From Christensenellaceae bacterium Phil1 (lineage in GTDB: Bacteria > Actinomycetota > Coriobacteriia > Coriobacteriales > Eggerthellaceae), in NCBI GenBank assembly GCA_963595065.1, contig CAVBGJ010000007.1, forward strand, positions 26,746-90,745: a stretch of DNA of 64,000 bases, read 5' to 3'. Position 1 is the stretch's first letter, and each line of letters begins with the position of its first letter. Positions 28,084 through 36,976 of this stretch are shown here, in pieces. A model generated the notes under the pieces. It worked only from the letters and a program-made list of their open reading frames with translations. It was not told the DNA's origin and did not search any database. The translations under genes were made by a program, and so were the position numbers.

Positions 28084-29244
28084 ATGCCCCGCACACCCGA
28101 TCCTTCTTACTGGGGAAACCCGCCGCAGACACCGGTATCGAAATACGCGCCCCAGCGCACCGGCCGCCAAGCGAACAGCAACCAGCCTCCCGTTCCTCCT
28201 GCCCCAACGGGCAACTACGGGGCCGAGCAACCTGCCGGCTCGAGCCAGCAGCAACCGCAAACCGCCCCGCAAGCACAGCAAACCCCCGGCCAAGCCGATC
28301 CCGGCACCCAGCACAACGCGGCGCAAGGCGAATCCTCCCAGCAGCAGAGCGCTGCAGCATCCGGCTTCAACTACGCCCAGCTGAACACGCCGCCAACGCC
28401 TCCCTCGCCCCCGAAGAAAAGCAACAGGGGCATCATCATCGCCATAGTTGCCGCTATCGTTGTGCTGCTCCTGGGTATGGCGGGGTGCTCCGCCTGCACG
28501 GTAGCCCTCAGCAGCGGCGCCAGCAATTACCTGGGAAGCACATACAGCAACCCGCAGAACATCCCCTCTTTCGACAACGACCAATACAGCAGCACTCCCG
28601 ATACGGAAAGCGATCAAGCGTACCTCAACGCCCAGACACGCAACGCCTTCGACCTGCAGGGCTCTTCCGCCCTTTCCGAAGAAGAGCTTTCCCAACTGCA
28701 AGCAGATTTCTTCGGCGGAAGCTCGAACGCCCCCAACGCCGAAGGCATCTACCCGCAAGGCATATTCCACGTGGGCACCGACCTTCCGGCTGGAAGCTAC
28801 TGGTTCAGCGGCAGCAGCTCTGACCTTTCGTACTTCTTCATCCTGCAGCCCACTTCCGATGGCGCCAGCACCTACAATGCCGTGCACGTGAACACCTACT
28901 ACGGGCACAACCTTATGAATCTGGAAGACGGCGAGGTGCTCATACTGGTGAACAACGGCACCATGACGCCTATCGCCAAGATGACCCAGCAGTTCACCTC
29001 GCCCTACGGCAGCGGCGTGTACCGCGTGGGCATCGACATCCCCGCGGGATCGTACCGCGCAATCGTTGGCGATGGCGCCGATACCTACAGTGCCTACTAC
29101 GTGATGAGCGACCTAGACTACCGCGACGACAGCTTCATCGAAAGCAATTACTTCGTTTCAGGCGACAGCGGCACCGAGATCATCCTGGAAGAGGGCACCT
29201 ACGTGGAGCTCTACAACATGCGCCTGGTAGCCATCCTCTCGTAA
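28084..29244 (+). CDS. Membrane-anchored protein with Pro/Gln-rich N-terminus
   Basis: Single TM helix; twice-repeated 'G.(F/Y).VG.D.PAGSY' motif. Confidence 0.75.
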   Translation: MPRTPDPSYWGNPPQTPVSKYAPQRTGRQANSNQPPVPPAPTGNYGAEQPAGSSQQQPQTAPQAQQTPGQADPGTQHNAAQGESSQQQSAAASGFNYAQLNTPPTPPSPPKKSNRGIIIAIVAAIVVLLLGMAGCSACTVALSSGASNYLGSTYSNPQNIPSFDNDQYSSTPDTESDQAYLNAQTRNAFDLQGSSALSEEELSQLQADFFGGSSNAPNAEGIYPQGIFHVGTDLPAGSYWFSGSSSDLSYFFILQPTSDGASTYNAVHVNTYYGHNLMNLEDGEVLILVNNGTMTPIAKMTQQFTSPYGSGVYRVGIDIPAGSYRAIVGDGADTYSAYYVMSDLDYRDDSFIESNYFVSGDSGTEIILEEGTYVELYNMRLVAILS

Positions 29245-29301
29245 AGCCTGCAGCGCATGCAGGTTGCGGAGACGGACAGCCAGACGGCCGAGCACTATCG
29301 C

Positions 29302-29323
29302 GTGACAAAGGGGTCTGTCCCTA
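29302..29323 (+). repeat. Direct repeat left of ATPase cassette
   Basis: GTGACAAAGGGGTCTGTCCCTA; the copy at 30944-30966 differs by one substitution and one insertion. Confidence 0.75.
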
Positions 29324-30691
29324 GCTGAACACCACTTCCGGCAGATGGATTCCCGGAGCGCGGGTATCAGCTTCTTCGGAAAGGCACATAGTCATGTAAA
29401 GGGGCAGGTAGCACACCGGTTTCCCTTTGCGCTGACCAACCGAAACGTTGTACTCCGAAAGGACATACGCGCATTCAATGCTGTAGCCTTCGGTTCCCAA
29501 AAGGTTGTTCAAGGCAGTGTGCAACTTGTAATCCTTGCCCGATTTCACCTCTATAGGCAGAACGGTTCCCCGCTTTGTCTCGAGCAGGAAGTCAACTTCG
29601 CCTTTGCGGCTGTGGTGGTAGTAGTACAGGCTGAAGCCTGCCGCCGCCAGCTCCTGCGCCACCACGTTTTCGTAGACGGCGCCGTAGTTGCCATCTCCTT
29701 CGCCCAACACAATGTCCATCGAGGCAGACTGCGGGTAACGGGCAGCAAGCATTCCGCAATCAGAGGCATACAGCTTGAACTTCCGCTGCTCCTTGGTGCG
29801 CATCAACGGCATCTTCGGCTCAGTAACCGCATAAACGGGAAGAGCCACGCCAGCCTCTGTCAGCCAAGAAAAGCTGTCCTGCAAACGAGAGTACCGACCG
29901 TTTTCGGCAACCGCCTTCATGGCGAACCGCTTGTTTTCCTTGGACAACTGAGCAGGGATGTTGTCGTATATTGCCGCGATGTTCGTTTTCTGGTCGCCGG
30001 CGTACTTCGTTATGTCTCGGCGATATTGGTTCCCAATCTCAGCAGCAACGGCCTGAGCCGCACCAAGATCCCGCTGGTTCTGCACGAATGCCTCCACCGC
30101 TTCCGGCATTCCGCCCACCACGATGTATTGGCGATACAGGGCCATCAAAGCCTGATGCAGATTTTCCTCAAGCGGCTCCTTGCTTTCGTAGGCATGCCGA
30201 ACCTGGGCAATAACCGCAGGAGGAACGCTCATTGCCCAACAGAACTCCTCGAAATCCAGCGGGCACATACGCTCTTCGCGGGCATAACCAACCGGAAACG
30301 ACTTCACCCCCTGGATGAACGTACCCAAAAGCGAGCCCGAAAGAACCAGGTCGAAACGGCCGTCTTCAAGCAGGTACTTCGAAAGGGTTACCACTTCCTT
30401 GCCGAATTCCTGGACTTCATCGAAGAACACCAGGGAGTTGTTTGCTATACCGCCCGCAACCAGGGAAAGACGCGAAACCAAGTCTTCGGCACTAGTGGCT
30501 GCAGAAAGCAGGCGGGCTGCATCCGCATCCTGACGGAAGTCGACTTTAACGAAATGCTCGTACTCGTTGCGGGCAAATTCTTCAACGATGAACGTTTTAC
30601 CCGTTTGACGAGCGCCGAACAGAAGCAGCACCTTGCGCTTTTCGGTCTGTTTCCAAGAAAGCAGCTTCTCATACATCTTCCTTTTCAACAT
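29321..30691 (-). CDS. AAA_14/DUF4143 ATP-binding protein
   Basis: GARQTGKT, FFDEVQ, SGSLLG, VGGMPE, EVDFLLE..PIEVKSG. Confidence 0.9.
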   Translation of the reverse strand: MLKRKMYEKLLSWKQTEKRKVLLLFGARQTGKTFIVEEFARNEYEHFVKVDFRQDADAARLLSAATSAEDLVSRLSLVAGGIANNSLVFFDEVQEFGKEVVTLSKYLLEDGRFDLVLSGSLLGTFIQGVKSFPVGYAREERMCPLDFEEFCWAMSVPPAVIAQVRHAYESKEPLEENLHQALMALYRQYIVVGGMPEAVEAFVQNQRDLGAAQAVAAEIGNQYRRDITKYAGDQKTNIAAIYDNIPAQLSKENKRFAMKAVAENGRYSRLQDSFSWLTEAGVALPVYAVTEPKMPLMRTKEQRKFKLYASDCGMLAARYPQSASMDIVLGEGDGNYGAVYENVVAQELAAAGFSLYYYHHSRKGEVDFLLETKRGTVLPIEVKSGKDYKLHTALNNLLGTEGYSIECAYVLSEYNVSVGQRKGKPVCYLPLYMTMCLSEEADTRAPGIHLPEVVFS

Positions 30692-30769
30692 GCGGTACCC
30701 CTTCCCTAGAGTCCAGCGACGTCACAGCTCGAACTTGGCAGCGGTTGCCGAGAAGCGTTCGAGCCTGCC

Positions 30770-30852
30770 TTTGTCACTAAAACAGAAAGAATTATCGCAT
30801 TTTTGTCACTAAAACAGAAAATATTTCGCTTGATTTGTCATTAATACGGAAA
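30770..30852. repeat. 3x TTTGTCACTAAAACAGAAA, 32-bp period, upstream of ATPase
   Basis: Units at 30770, 30802, 30834 (third degenerate). Confidence 0.9.
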
Positions 30853-30943
30853 TCTGGCAAGGTTACTGGGTATTGCCTCGCGCCGGCTTGTTCAGCTGCG
30901 TCCGCTGTGTCACCCAGCGCGCCGGCTAAACAGTCGCTTTAGT

Positions 30944-30966
30944 GTGCCAAAGGGGTCTGTTCCCTA
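30944..30966 (+). repeat. Direct repeat right of ATPase cassette
   Basis: GTGCCAAAGGGGTCTGTTCCCTA. Confidence 0.75.
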
Positions 30967-30980
30967 TTGAAAGGAGAGCC

Positions 30981-31952
30981 ATGAGGGTTCTTGAGAAGAT
31001 CAGTGCTTTTGCAGGGAAATGGATGGCCATCATCGCCCTGCTCGTTGCCGTTGTTGCCCTTGTGGTTCCCGACCCCGTGCATGAAGCGCTGCCCACCAGC
31101 TGGGTGAACCCGCTTTTGGGCATCGTGATGTTCGGCATGGGCATGACCCTTACCGCAAACGACTTCAAAGTGGTGTTCACCAAGCCGAAGGCAGTGATCG
31201 TCGGCATCTTCGCCCAGTTCGTTATCATGCCCCTTCTGGCATGGGTACTGTGCATGGCGTTCCAGCTTCCCGCGGAATTGGCCGTGGGCGTGATACTCGT
31301 TGGATGCTGCCCCGGCGGCACGTCCTCGAACGTGATGACCTACCTTGCGAAAGGCGACGTGGCCCTTTCCGTGGGCATGACCGCTTGCACCACCATCATG
31401 GCCCCCATCGTAACGCCCGCCCTAGTGCTCCTGCTTGCCGGCGAAACCGTGGATGTTTCCTACGTCAGCATGCTCCTGTCCATCGTGCAGGTAGTGCTCG
31501 CGCCTATCGTTTTGGGCTTCATCGTCAATGCCCTTTTCTCGAAGCTCGCCGAAACCTGCGGCAAGGTGCTGCCCCTTGTTTCGGTAATCGCCATCTCGCT
31601 CATCATCATGGCGGTGGTTTCCGCCAACGCCGCAAAGCTCATGACCGTGGGTTGGCTCATCATCATCGTGGTGATGCTGCACAACGTCGGCGGCTACGCG
31701 CTCGGCTATGGGGCAGCGCGGGCACTCGGCCTTTCGCGCGCACAGGTCCGCACCATTTCCATCGAAGTGGGCATGCAGAACTCCGGCCTGGCAACCTCGC
31801 TGGCAACGGTGCATTTCGCCAACTACCCCCTGGCAGCTGTGCCCGGCGCCGTGTTCAGCGTGTGGCACAACATCTCCGGCGCCATCTACGCCAATATCCT
31901 GGCGCGTACGGCCAACGGTCCCGAAGGCAAGAAGGCATCCCAAGGAAAATAG
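30981..31952 (+). CDS. Bile acid:sodium symporter family transporter
   Basis: MFGMG, CCPGGTSSNV, EVGMQNSGL; RBS AAAGGAG. Confidence 0.92.
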   Translation: MRVLEKISAFAGKWMAIIALLVAVVALVVPDPVHEALPTSWVNPLLGIVMFGMGMTLTANDFKVVFTKPKAVIVGIFAQFVIMPLLAWVLCMAFQLPAELAVGVILVGCCPGGTSSNVMTYLAKGDVALSVGMTACTTIMAPIVTPALVLLLAGETVDVSYVSMLLSIVQVVLAPIVLGFIVNALFSKLAETCGKVLPLVSVIAISLIIMAVVSANAAKLMTVGWLIIIVVMLHNVGGYALGYGAARALGLSRAQVRTISIEVGMQNSGLATSLATVHFANYPLAAVPGAVFSVWHNISGAIYANILARTANGPEGKKASQGK

Positions 31953-32122
31953 AAGGCGGGAAGAGAAAGGCTGCCGCAGAAGCCCAGCCCGCTCGGCGAA
32001 ACGCTCCCGCGAAAGACAACCGTGCACCGCAGCAACCGCAGGCAAAGGCAAGCAACTTGAAGAGCAGCTACAATAAAGGCTCCAGGCCACATGAAAGGCC
32101 ATCTACGGGGAATGGGGACGAA

Positions 32123-32905
32123 ATGAAGAAACTCACGTTTGCTCTTTTGAGCTGCCTATTGCTGGCCACGCTTGCCGGCTGCTCTTCAAGCAGCAGCTCA
32201 GGCCAATCCGCCACAAACAGCGAATCGCAGTTCTCGGACATCAACCTTTCGGGCTACACGTGCGTCGACGTTTCGCATCTGGTGGAAAGCGAGATGCCTG
32301 CCGACCCTTCGTTGAAGCTTCCCGAAATCGATTACTTCGCGCAGATCTCGAACGGCGATTCCGAGTACAACCTGGAAACCATCGGCTATTGCCCGCACAC
32401 GGGAACCCACATGGACGCCCCCTTCCATGTGCTGAACGGCGAGGGCACCATCGAATCGGTTGACCCAACCGTGCTCATCGGCCAAGCCTGCATCATCCGC
32501 CTAGACGTCAGCGGCGATTACGAAATCACCGCGCAGGACGTGAAGGACTGGGAGGCTGAGCACGGCGAAATCCAACAGGGTGAAGCCGTGCTGTTCGACA
32601 CCAACCAGGACAAGCTCTGGGAAAGCGACCCGCAGGGCTACATCAGCAGTTATCCGCACCTTGCTGCCGAAACCGCCGAGTACCTGGTGCAGAAGGGCGC
32701 GCGCTTCGTGGGCTGCGAGGCCATTTCGCCCGATACCTCCGAGCCCACCTGCCACAAGATACTGCTTGGCGGCGGCGTCGAAGTGGTAGAAAACCTCTGC
32801 AACCTGGACCAAGTTGGGGCCGATCGCTGCTACGTAATCGGTACCTTCGCCAATGTGCAAAGCAGCACCGGCGTCTGGACAAGGATCCTCGCCTACTACC
32901 GCTAG
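32123..32905 (+). CDS. Cyclase-family (kynurenine formamidase-like) metal hydrolase, lipoprotein
   Basis: Lipobox LAGC, HTGTHMDAPFH, VENL. Confidence 0.85.
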   Translation: MKKLTFALLSCLLLATLAGCSSSSSSGQSATNSESQFSDINLSGYTCVDVSHLVESEMPADPSLKLPEIDYFAQISNGDSEYNLETIGYCPHTGTHMDAPFHVLNGEGTIESVDPTVLIGQACIIRLDVSGDYEITAQDVKDWEAEHGEIQQGEAVLFDTNQDKLWESDPQGYISSYPHLAAETAEYLVQKGARFVGCEAISPDTSEPTCHKILLGGGVEVVENLCNLDQVGADRCYVIGTFANVQSSTGVWTRILAYYR

Positions 32906-32986
32906 CTCTTTCGACTTGTTGCCCTACACAGCTGCAAATCCGTACAAATGTAGGGTAACTGGCTAGAGCCACTGCAATCGTGGGCC

Positions 32987-33634
32987 TTATTTCAGCAAAC
33001 CACGCACCGACAGGTCGGCGGTGGCAGCGGCAAGGGCTTCCACGCTTACCGTCAGCTTGCCCTGGTCCGGCATCCATGTTTGGTTATGGAAACGATGCTG
33101 AACCCCTTCGTCGGCAGCAACAATGGTAACGGCATATGCCGCCGGGTCGGGGCACTCGAACACACCCTCATCGACCCCCTGGCGAATAAGTTCCTCCACC
33201 TTGGCAACCAAAGCGCGGTAGTCGTCGAACAACTCGGCGAATTCCTCGCCGCTCTTGCGGGCCACCGTTTCCAGCAACCGATAATCGAATGGAAGTTGGC
33301 ACAACGCCAACGTGTCCCGGTACAGCAATGCGCGCAACTGGCCTGCAACGCCTTCGCCGGCAGCTTCGGCTTCCTTGGCGGCGTTGAGCGGATTGCGGTT
33401 CGTGCCCAGGAACTCCTTCAGGATGTCTTCCTTGCTTTTGAACCAGTAATACAAGGAGCTTTGCCCCAAACCCGACTCGCGCGCGATGGCGCTCATGCTT
33501 GTTTCGGCGAATCCGTCCCTTCTGAACAGGCGAACCGCAGCATCCAATATCTCTGCACGCTGGTTCTGGCTCTTCGAGCCGTTACGGCGCGGCCTGCCAG
33601 GCGCGCCCTTCTGAACTGCATTCTTCTTAGGCAT
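32987..33634 (-). CDS. TetR/AcrR family regulator
   Basis: ILDAAVRLF..GFAETSMSAIARESGLGQSSLYYWFKSKEDI. Confidence 0.93.
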   Translation of the reverse strand: MPKKNAVQKGAPGRPRRNGSKSQNQRAEILDAAVRLFRRDGFAETSMSAIARESGLGQSSLYYWFKSKEDILKEFLGTNRNPLNAAKEAEAAGEGVAGQLRALLYRDTLALCQLPFDYRLLETVARKSGEEFAELFDDYRALVAKVEELIRQGVDEGVFECPDPAAYAVTIVAADEGVQHRFHNQTWMPDQGKLTVSVEALAAATADLSVRGLLK

Positions 33635-33670
33635 TCTCTCTCCTATCTGCAAGTACAGCTTTGCAGATTA

Positions 33671-33687
33671 TTCGATACTCTATCGAA
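33671..33687. promoter_or_regulatory. Palindromic operator 1, TTCGATA-N3-TATCGAA
   Basis: Perfect 7-3-7 palindrome in the divergent TetR/transporter intergenic region. Confidence 0.8.
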
Positions 33688-33743
33688 ATGTTAATGAGCG
33701 GGCAACTATGCCGAAACCCGCAGTTAACACGGCCTCCCTAGAA

Positions 33744-33760
33744 TTCGATACATTATCGAA
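33744..33760. promoter_or_regulatory. Palindromic operator 2, TTCGATA-N3-TATCGAA
   Basis: Arms identical to operator 1; 17 bp before the transporter ATG. Confidence 0.8.
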
Positions 33761-33777
33761 ACCGTATTGGAGGACCG

Positions 33778-35430
33778 ATGAATTCACTGTTGATAATAGG
33801 CGTGGGAGCCACCGTGCTCCTAGTGATAGTGGTTGGCATGCTTGTCGGCCGAAAAGTGGAAGGCGACTCGCAGAACTTCCTGGTAGCAGGCCGTAACATG
33901 CCCATCTACCTGGTGGCACCTGCGCTCATGGTTGCCGCAGTGGACTCGAACGCCACCGTAGGCAACATGGACCTGGGCGTTGCCTCGGGCTTTTGGGCAG
34001 GCGCCCTTCTGGCCATCGGCCTGGGCATCGCCCTGCTGCTCTCGGGCATCTTCGTGGCAAAGCCCATGAACGAGATGGGCTTGTTCTCCCTGGGCGATTT
34101 CTTCCGCATCAAATACGGCCATAGGTTCGAGATCCTGGCCGCCTGCGTGATGATCTTGGCCTACGTCATCCTGCTGGCAGGCAACCTGGTTGCCATCGGC
34201 CTTCTGTTCGAGTACTTCCTGGGCATTCCCTACCTTGCCGGCCTGTTCATCATGGCTGCCCTAGTGCTGCTGTACACGTTGTGCGGCGGTCTGCTCTCCG
34301 ACGCCTACACCGCGGCCATCCAAATGGTAATCACCCTGGTTGCCACGGTGGTCATCGGCGTGTTCGTGTTCACCAACTGGGGATTCACCGCCCCTGAGGG
34401 CATGGGCATCTTCGACTGGGGGCAGCTCACCGATTCCTCCCAGGGAGCGGCCATCAACTGGGCAACCATCATCTCCCTTGGCGTGGGCGACATCGTTGCC
34501 CTGGACTTCCAGCAGCGCATCTACAGCGCCAAGAGCCCTAAAACGGCACGCAACGCATGTTTCGTCAGCGCGTTTTTGGTGATGGCCGTGGGCATCGTCT
34601 ACGGACTGATCGCCAGCACTTGCGCAAACACCCTCGGCATCACCGGCGAGGAAACCTCGGTCCTCTATGAGTTCCTGGACAACTACGCGCCCTCCCTTAT
34701 CGCCGTCATCGTTCTTTCGGGCCTGGTGGCCGCATCGTTTTCCACCGCATCGGGCGCCATCCTCAGCGTTTCCGAGATGATCGTCCGCAACATCGGGGGT
34801 TTCCGCCGCAACGTGAATGTGAACCGCAAAGACCCGCAGCTGCTCTGGGTTCGCCTGTGCATGGTCCCCTTGGCATTGGCCGGCATCCTTATCGCCGCCC
34901 GCCTCTCCGAAACCGGCATCCTGCTTACCCTGGCCTTCGACCTTATGCTGTGCTGCCTTATCCCCGCGCTGTTCGGCGGCCTGTTCTGGAAGCGCAGCAG
35001 CAAGGCGGCGGTGTTCGCCTCCTGCTCTGTCGGCCTGGTACTTCGCATCGCGTTCTTCGTACTGACCCCCACCATCTACGGCGCCGAGAACACGCTGCTG
35101 TACTTCGAGAACCCCTGGCTCACCGCCGACATCGACGGCTGGAACACCTTCATCTGCTTCGGCGCCTCGCTTATTACCTACTTCGCCGTTGCCGCGTTCT
35201 GCCCCCGCACCGCTGCCGATGAGGAAGCCGAGAAGGCAGAGCTGGCCGAGCTCCATGAAGAGCGCACCGTGGAAAGCGAGATCCTCTACATCCGCGCCGT
35301 AACCGAGCAGCGCGAAGACACCCTGAGCTTCTACAAGGAGGCGAAGGAGGCGGGCTTCCCGGTGGAAGAGCAGATTGCCAAGGCCGAAGCCGACCTGCAC
35401 GCCCCCATCGTTTGGGCCAAGAACGCCTAG
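33778..35430 (+). CDS. Sodium:solute symporter family transporter
   Basis: FLVAGR, YTLCGGL, QQRIYSAKS, many TM helices. Confidence 0.88.
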   Translation: MNSLLIIGVGATVLLVIVVGMLVGRKVEGDSQNFLVAGRNMPIYLVAPALMVAAVDSNATVGNMDLGVASGFWAGALLAIGLGIALLLSGIFVAKPMNEMGLFSLGDFFRIKYGHRFEILAACVMILAYVILLAGNLVAIGLLFEYFLGIPYLAGLFIMAALVLLYTLCGGLLSDAYTAAIQMVITLVATVVIGVFVFTNWGFTAPEGMGIFDWGQLTDSSQGAAINWATIISLGVGDIVALDFQQRIYSAKSPKTARNACFVSAFLVMAVGIVYGLIASTCANTLGITGEETSVLYEFLDNYAPSLIAVIVLSGLVAASFSTASGAILSVSEMIVRNIGGFRRNVNVNRKDPQLLWVRLCMVPLALAGILIAARLSETGILLTLAFDLMLCCLIPALFGGLFWKRSSKAAVFASCSVGLVLRIAFFVLTPTIYGAENTLLYFENPWLTADIDGWNTFICFGASLITYFAVAAFCPRTAADEEAEKAELAELHEERTVESEILYIRAVTEQREDTLSFYKEAKEAGFPVEEQIAKAEADLHAPIVWAKNA

Positions 35431-35570
35431 CCGCGGCGGCGCCCTTGGCGAACGTCCAACTCGTCGAAGCCGCCCCACCCCCAGCACACGATCGCAAAGA
35501 CAACCCCGGCCGGCGCCGAATTGCCGCCGGCCATCCCAACCAGCAAGAAACCAACAGTTAGGAGAAAACC

Positions 35571-36290
35571 ATGCAATGCATCTGGAAGAAAGTCCTGAAG
35601 CCCGGCGAGAAATGGTCTGGCGCAATCGGCACCGGTAAGTACGTGCACTTCAAGGCACTGGGCAAAGGCGCCAACGTGGCCCTGCTTATGTACAACCTGT
35701 ACGACAAGACCGAGCGCTACAACATGCCCGACACGCTGAAGGCCCAGTACACCCAGCACCTGACGCGCGGCAACGTGCTGATGAGCGACAACGGCCGCGT
35801 GCTGGCAAGCATCGTGGAAGACAGCCTTGGCTGGCACGACAGCATCACCGGTCTTACCACCCGTCAGATGACCGAGGAAAAGTACGGCGCCAGCAGCTAC
35901 CAGGAACAGCACAACGAATGGCACCGCAACGGCATGGACAACGTGGCCATGGAGCTGGTGCGCAACGGCCTGAGCATGCGCGACCTGGTGCCCTGCGTGA
36001 ACCTTTTCACCAAGGTGTACGTCACCGAAGACGGTGGGTTGCACTTTGCCGAGGACTGGTGCCAGGAGGGCAGCACCGTAACCCTGCGCACCGAGATGGA
36101 CAGCGTGGTTATCCTCTCCAACACCCCCAACCCGCTCGACCCTTCCCCCGACTTTCCTTCCGTCCCTGTTGAGGTAACCGTCTACGATGCCCCGCCGGTA
36201 GACCTGAACGACGAATGCGTGCAGTTCCGCACCGAGAACTTCCGCGCCTTCCAGAACACCTGGGACTACCACAACCTGCTGGGCAAGTAA
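35571..36290 (+). CDS. Urea carboxylase-associated DUF1989 protein (CgdA-like)
   Basis: ERYNMPDTLKAQ, GWHD, VNLF. Confidence 0.88.
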   Translation: MQCIWKKVLKPGEKWSGAIGTGKYVHFKALGKGANVALLMYNLYDKTERYNMPDTLKAQYTQHLTRGNVLMSDNGRVLASIVEDSLGWHDSITGLTTRQMTEEKYGASSYQEQHNEWHRNGMDNVAMELVRNGLSMRDLVPCVNLFTKVYVTEDGGLHFAEDWCQEGSTVTLRTEMDSVVILSNTPNPLDPSPDFPSVPVEVTVYDAPPVDLNDECVQFRTENFRAFQNTWDYHNLLGK

Positions 36291-36314
36291 GAGAGCACTA
36301 ACCAAGGAGACACC

Positions 36315-36971
36315 ATGTTTGGATTCATCGAAAAGGCCAGCGAGCTGGACCCCGCAAACGCGATTTACGACGAGACCGTGGAAGCCGGCCGCGCCTGGTC
36401 CCACGAACTGAAGCCGGGGCAAACCCTGCGCATCCTGGACGTTTGCGGCAACCAGGCGGTGGACACCACCTTCTTCAACCTTGAAGACCCCGCCGACCAC
36501 TACTCTGCGGTAGCCACCATCGTGGGCCAGCAGAACATCTACCTCACCACCGGCACCATCCTGCGCAGCGAAAGCTACAAGCCCCTGCTGGAGATCACCG
36601 CCGACCTAACCGGGCGCCACGACACCTTGGGCGGCTGCTGCTCTTCCCAGAGCAACACCGTGCGCTACGCCCGCGAGAAGGAGTACATGCACAACTGCCG
36701 CGACAGCTTCATGCTGGAGATGTCCCAAGACGACGAGGGACGCTTCCTGAAGCGCGATCTGGCGCCCAACATCAACTTCTTCATGAACGTGCCCATCACC
36801 GAAGACGGCTACTACAAGTTCGACGACGGCGTGAGCGCACCGGGCAAGTACGTGGAGATGAAGGCACTGGCGAACGTGGAGGTGCTGGTAAGCAACTGCC
36901 CCCAGCTGAACAACCCCTGCAACGCCTACAACCCCACCCCGGTGCGCATGATCATCTGGGATGCGGAGTAG
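36315..36971 (+). CDS. Urea carboxylase-associated DUF1989 protein (CgdB-like)
   Basis: GNQAVD, HDTLGGCC, NINFFMNVP, SNCPQLNNPCN. Confidence 0.9.
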   Translation: MFGFIEKASELDPANAIYDETVEAGRAWSHELKPGQTLRILDVCGNQAVDTTFFNLEDPADHYSAVATIVGQQNIYLTTGTILRSESYKPLLEITADLTGRHDTLGGCCSSQSNTVRYAREKEYMHNCRDSFMLEMSQDDEGRFLKRDLAPNINFFMNVPITEDGYYKFDDGVSAPGKYVEMKALANVEVLVSNCPQLNNPCNAYNPTPVRMIIWDAE

Positions 36972-36976
36972 CAGCC

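Noticed and set aside
31241..32122. Long N-terminal extension of the cyclase ORF (554 aa in the track)
   Set aside because: It overlaps the symporter in another frame; the real start with signal peptide is at 32123.
33690..33777. Guanidine riboswitch upstream of the carboxylase operon
   Set aside because: No recognisable motif by eye and the space is occupied by operators; a covariance search was not run.
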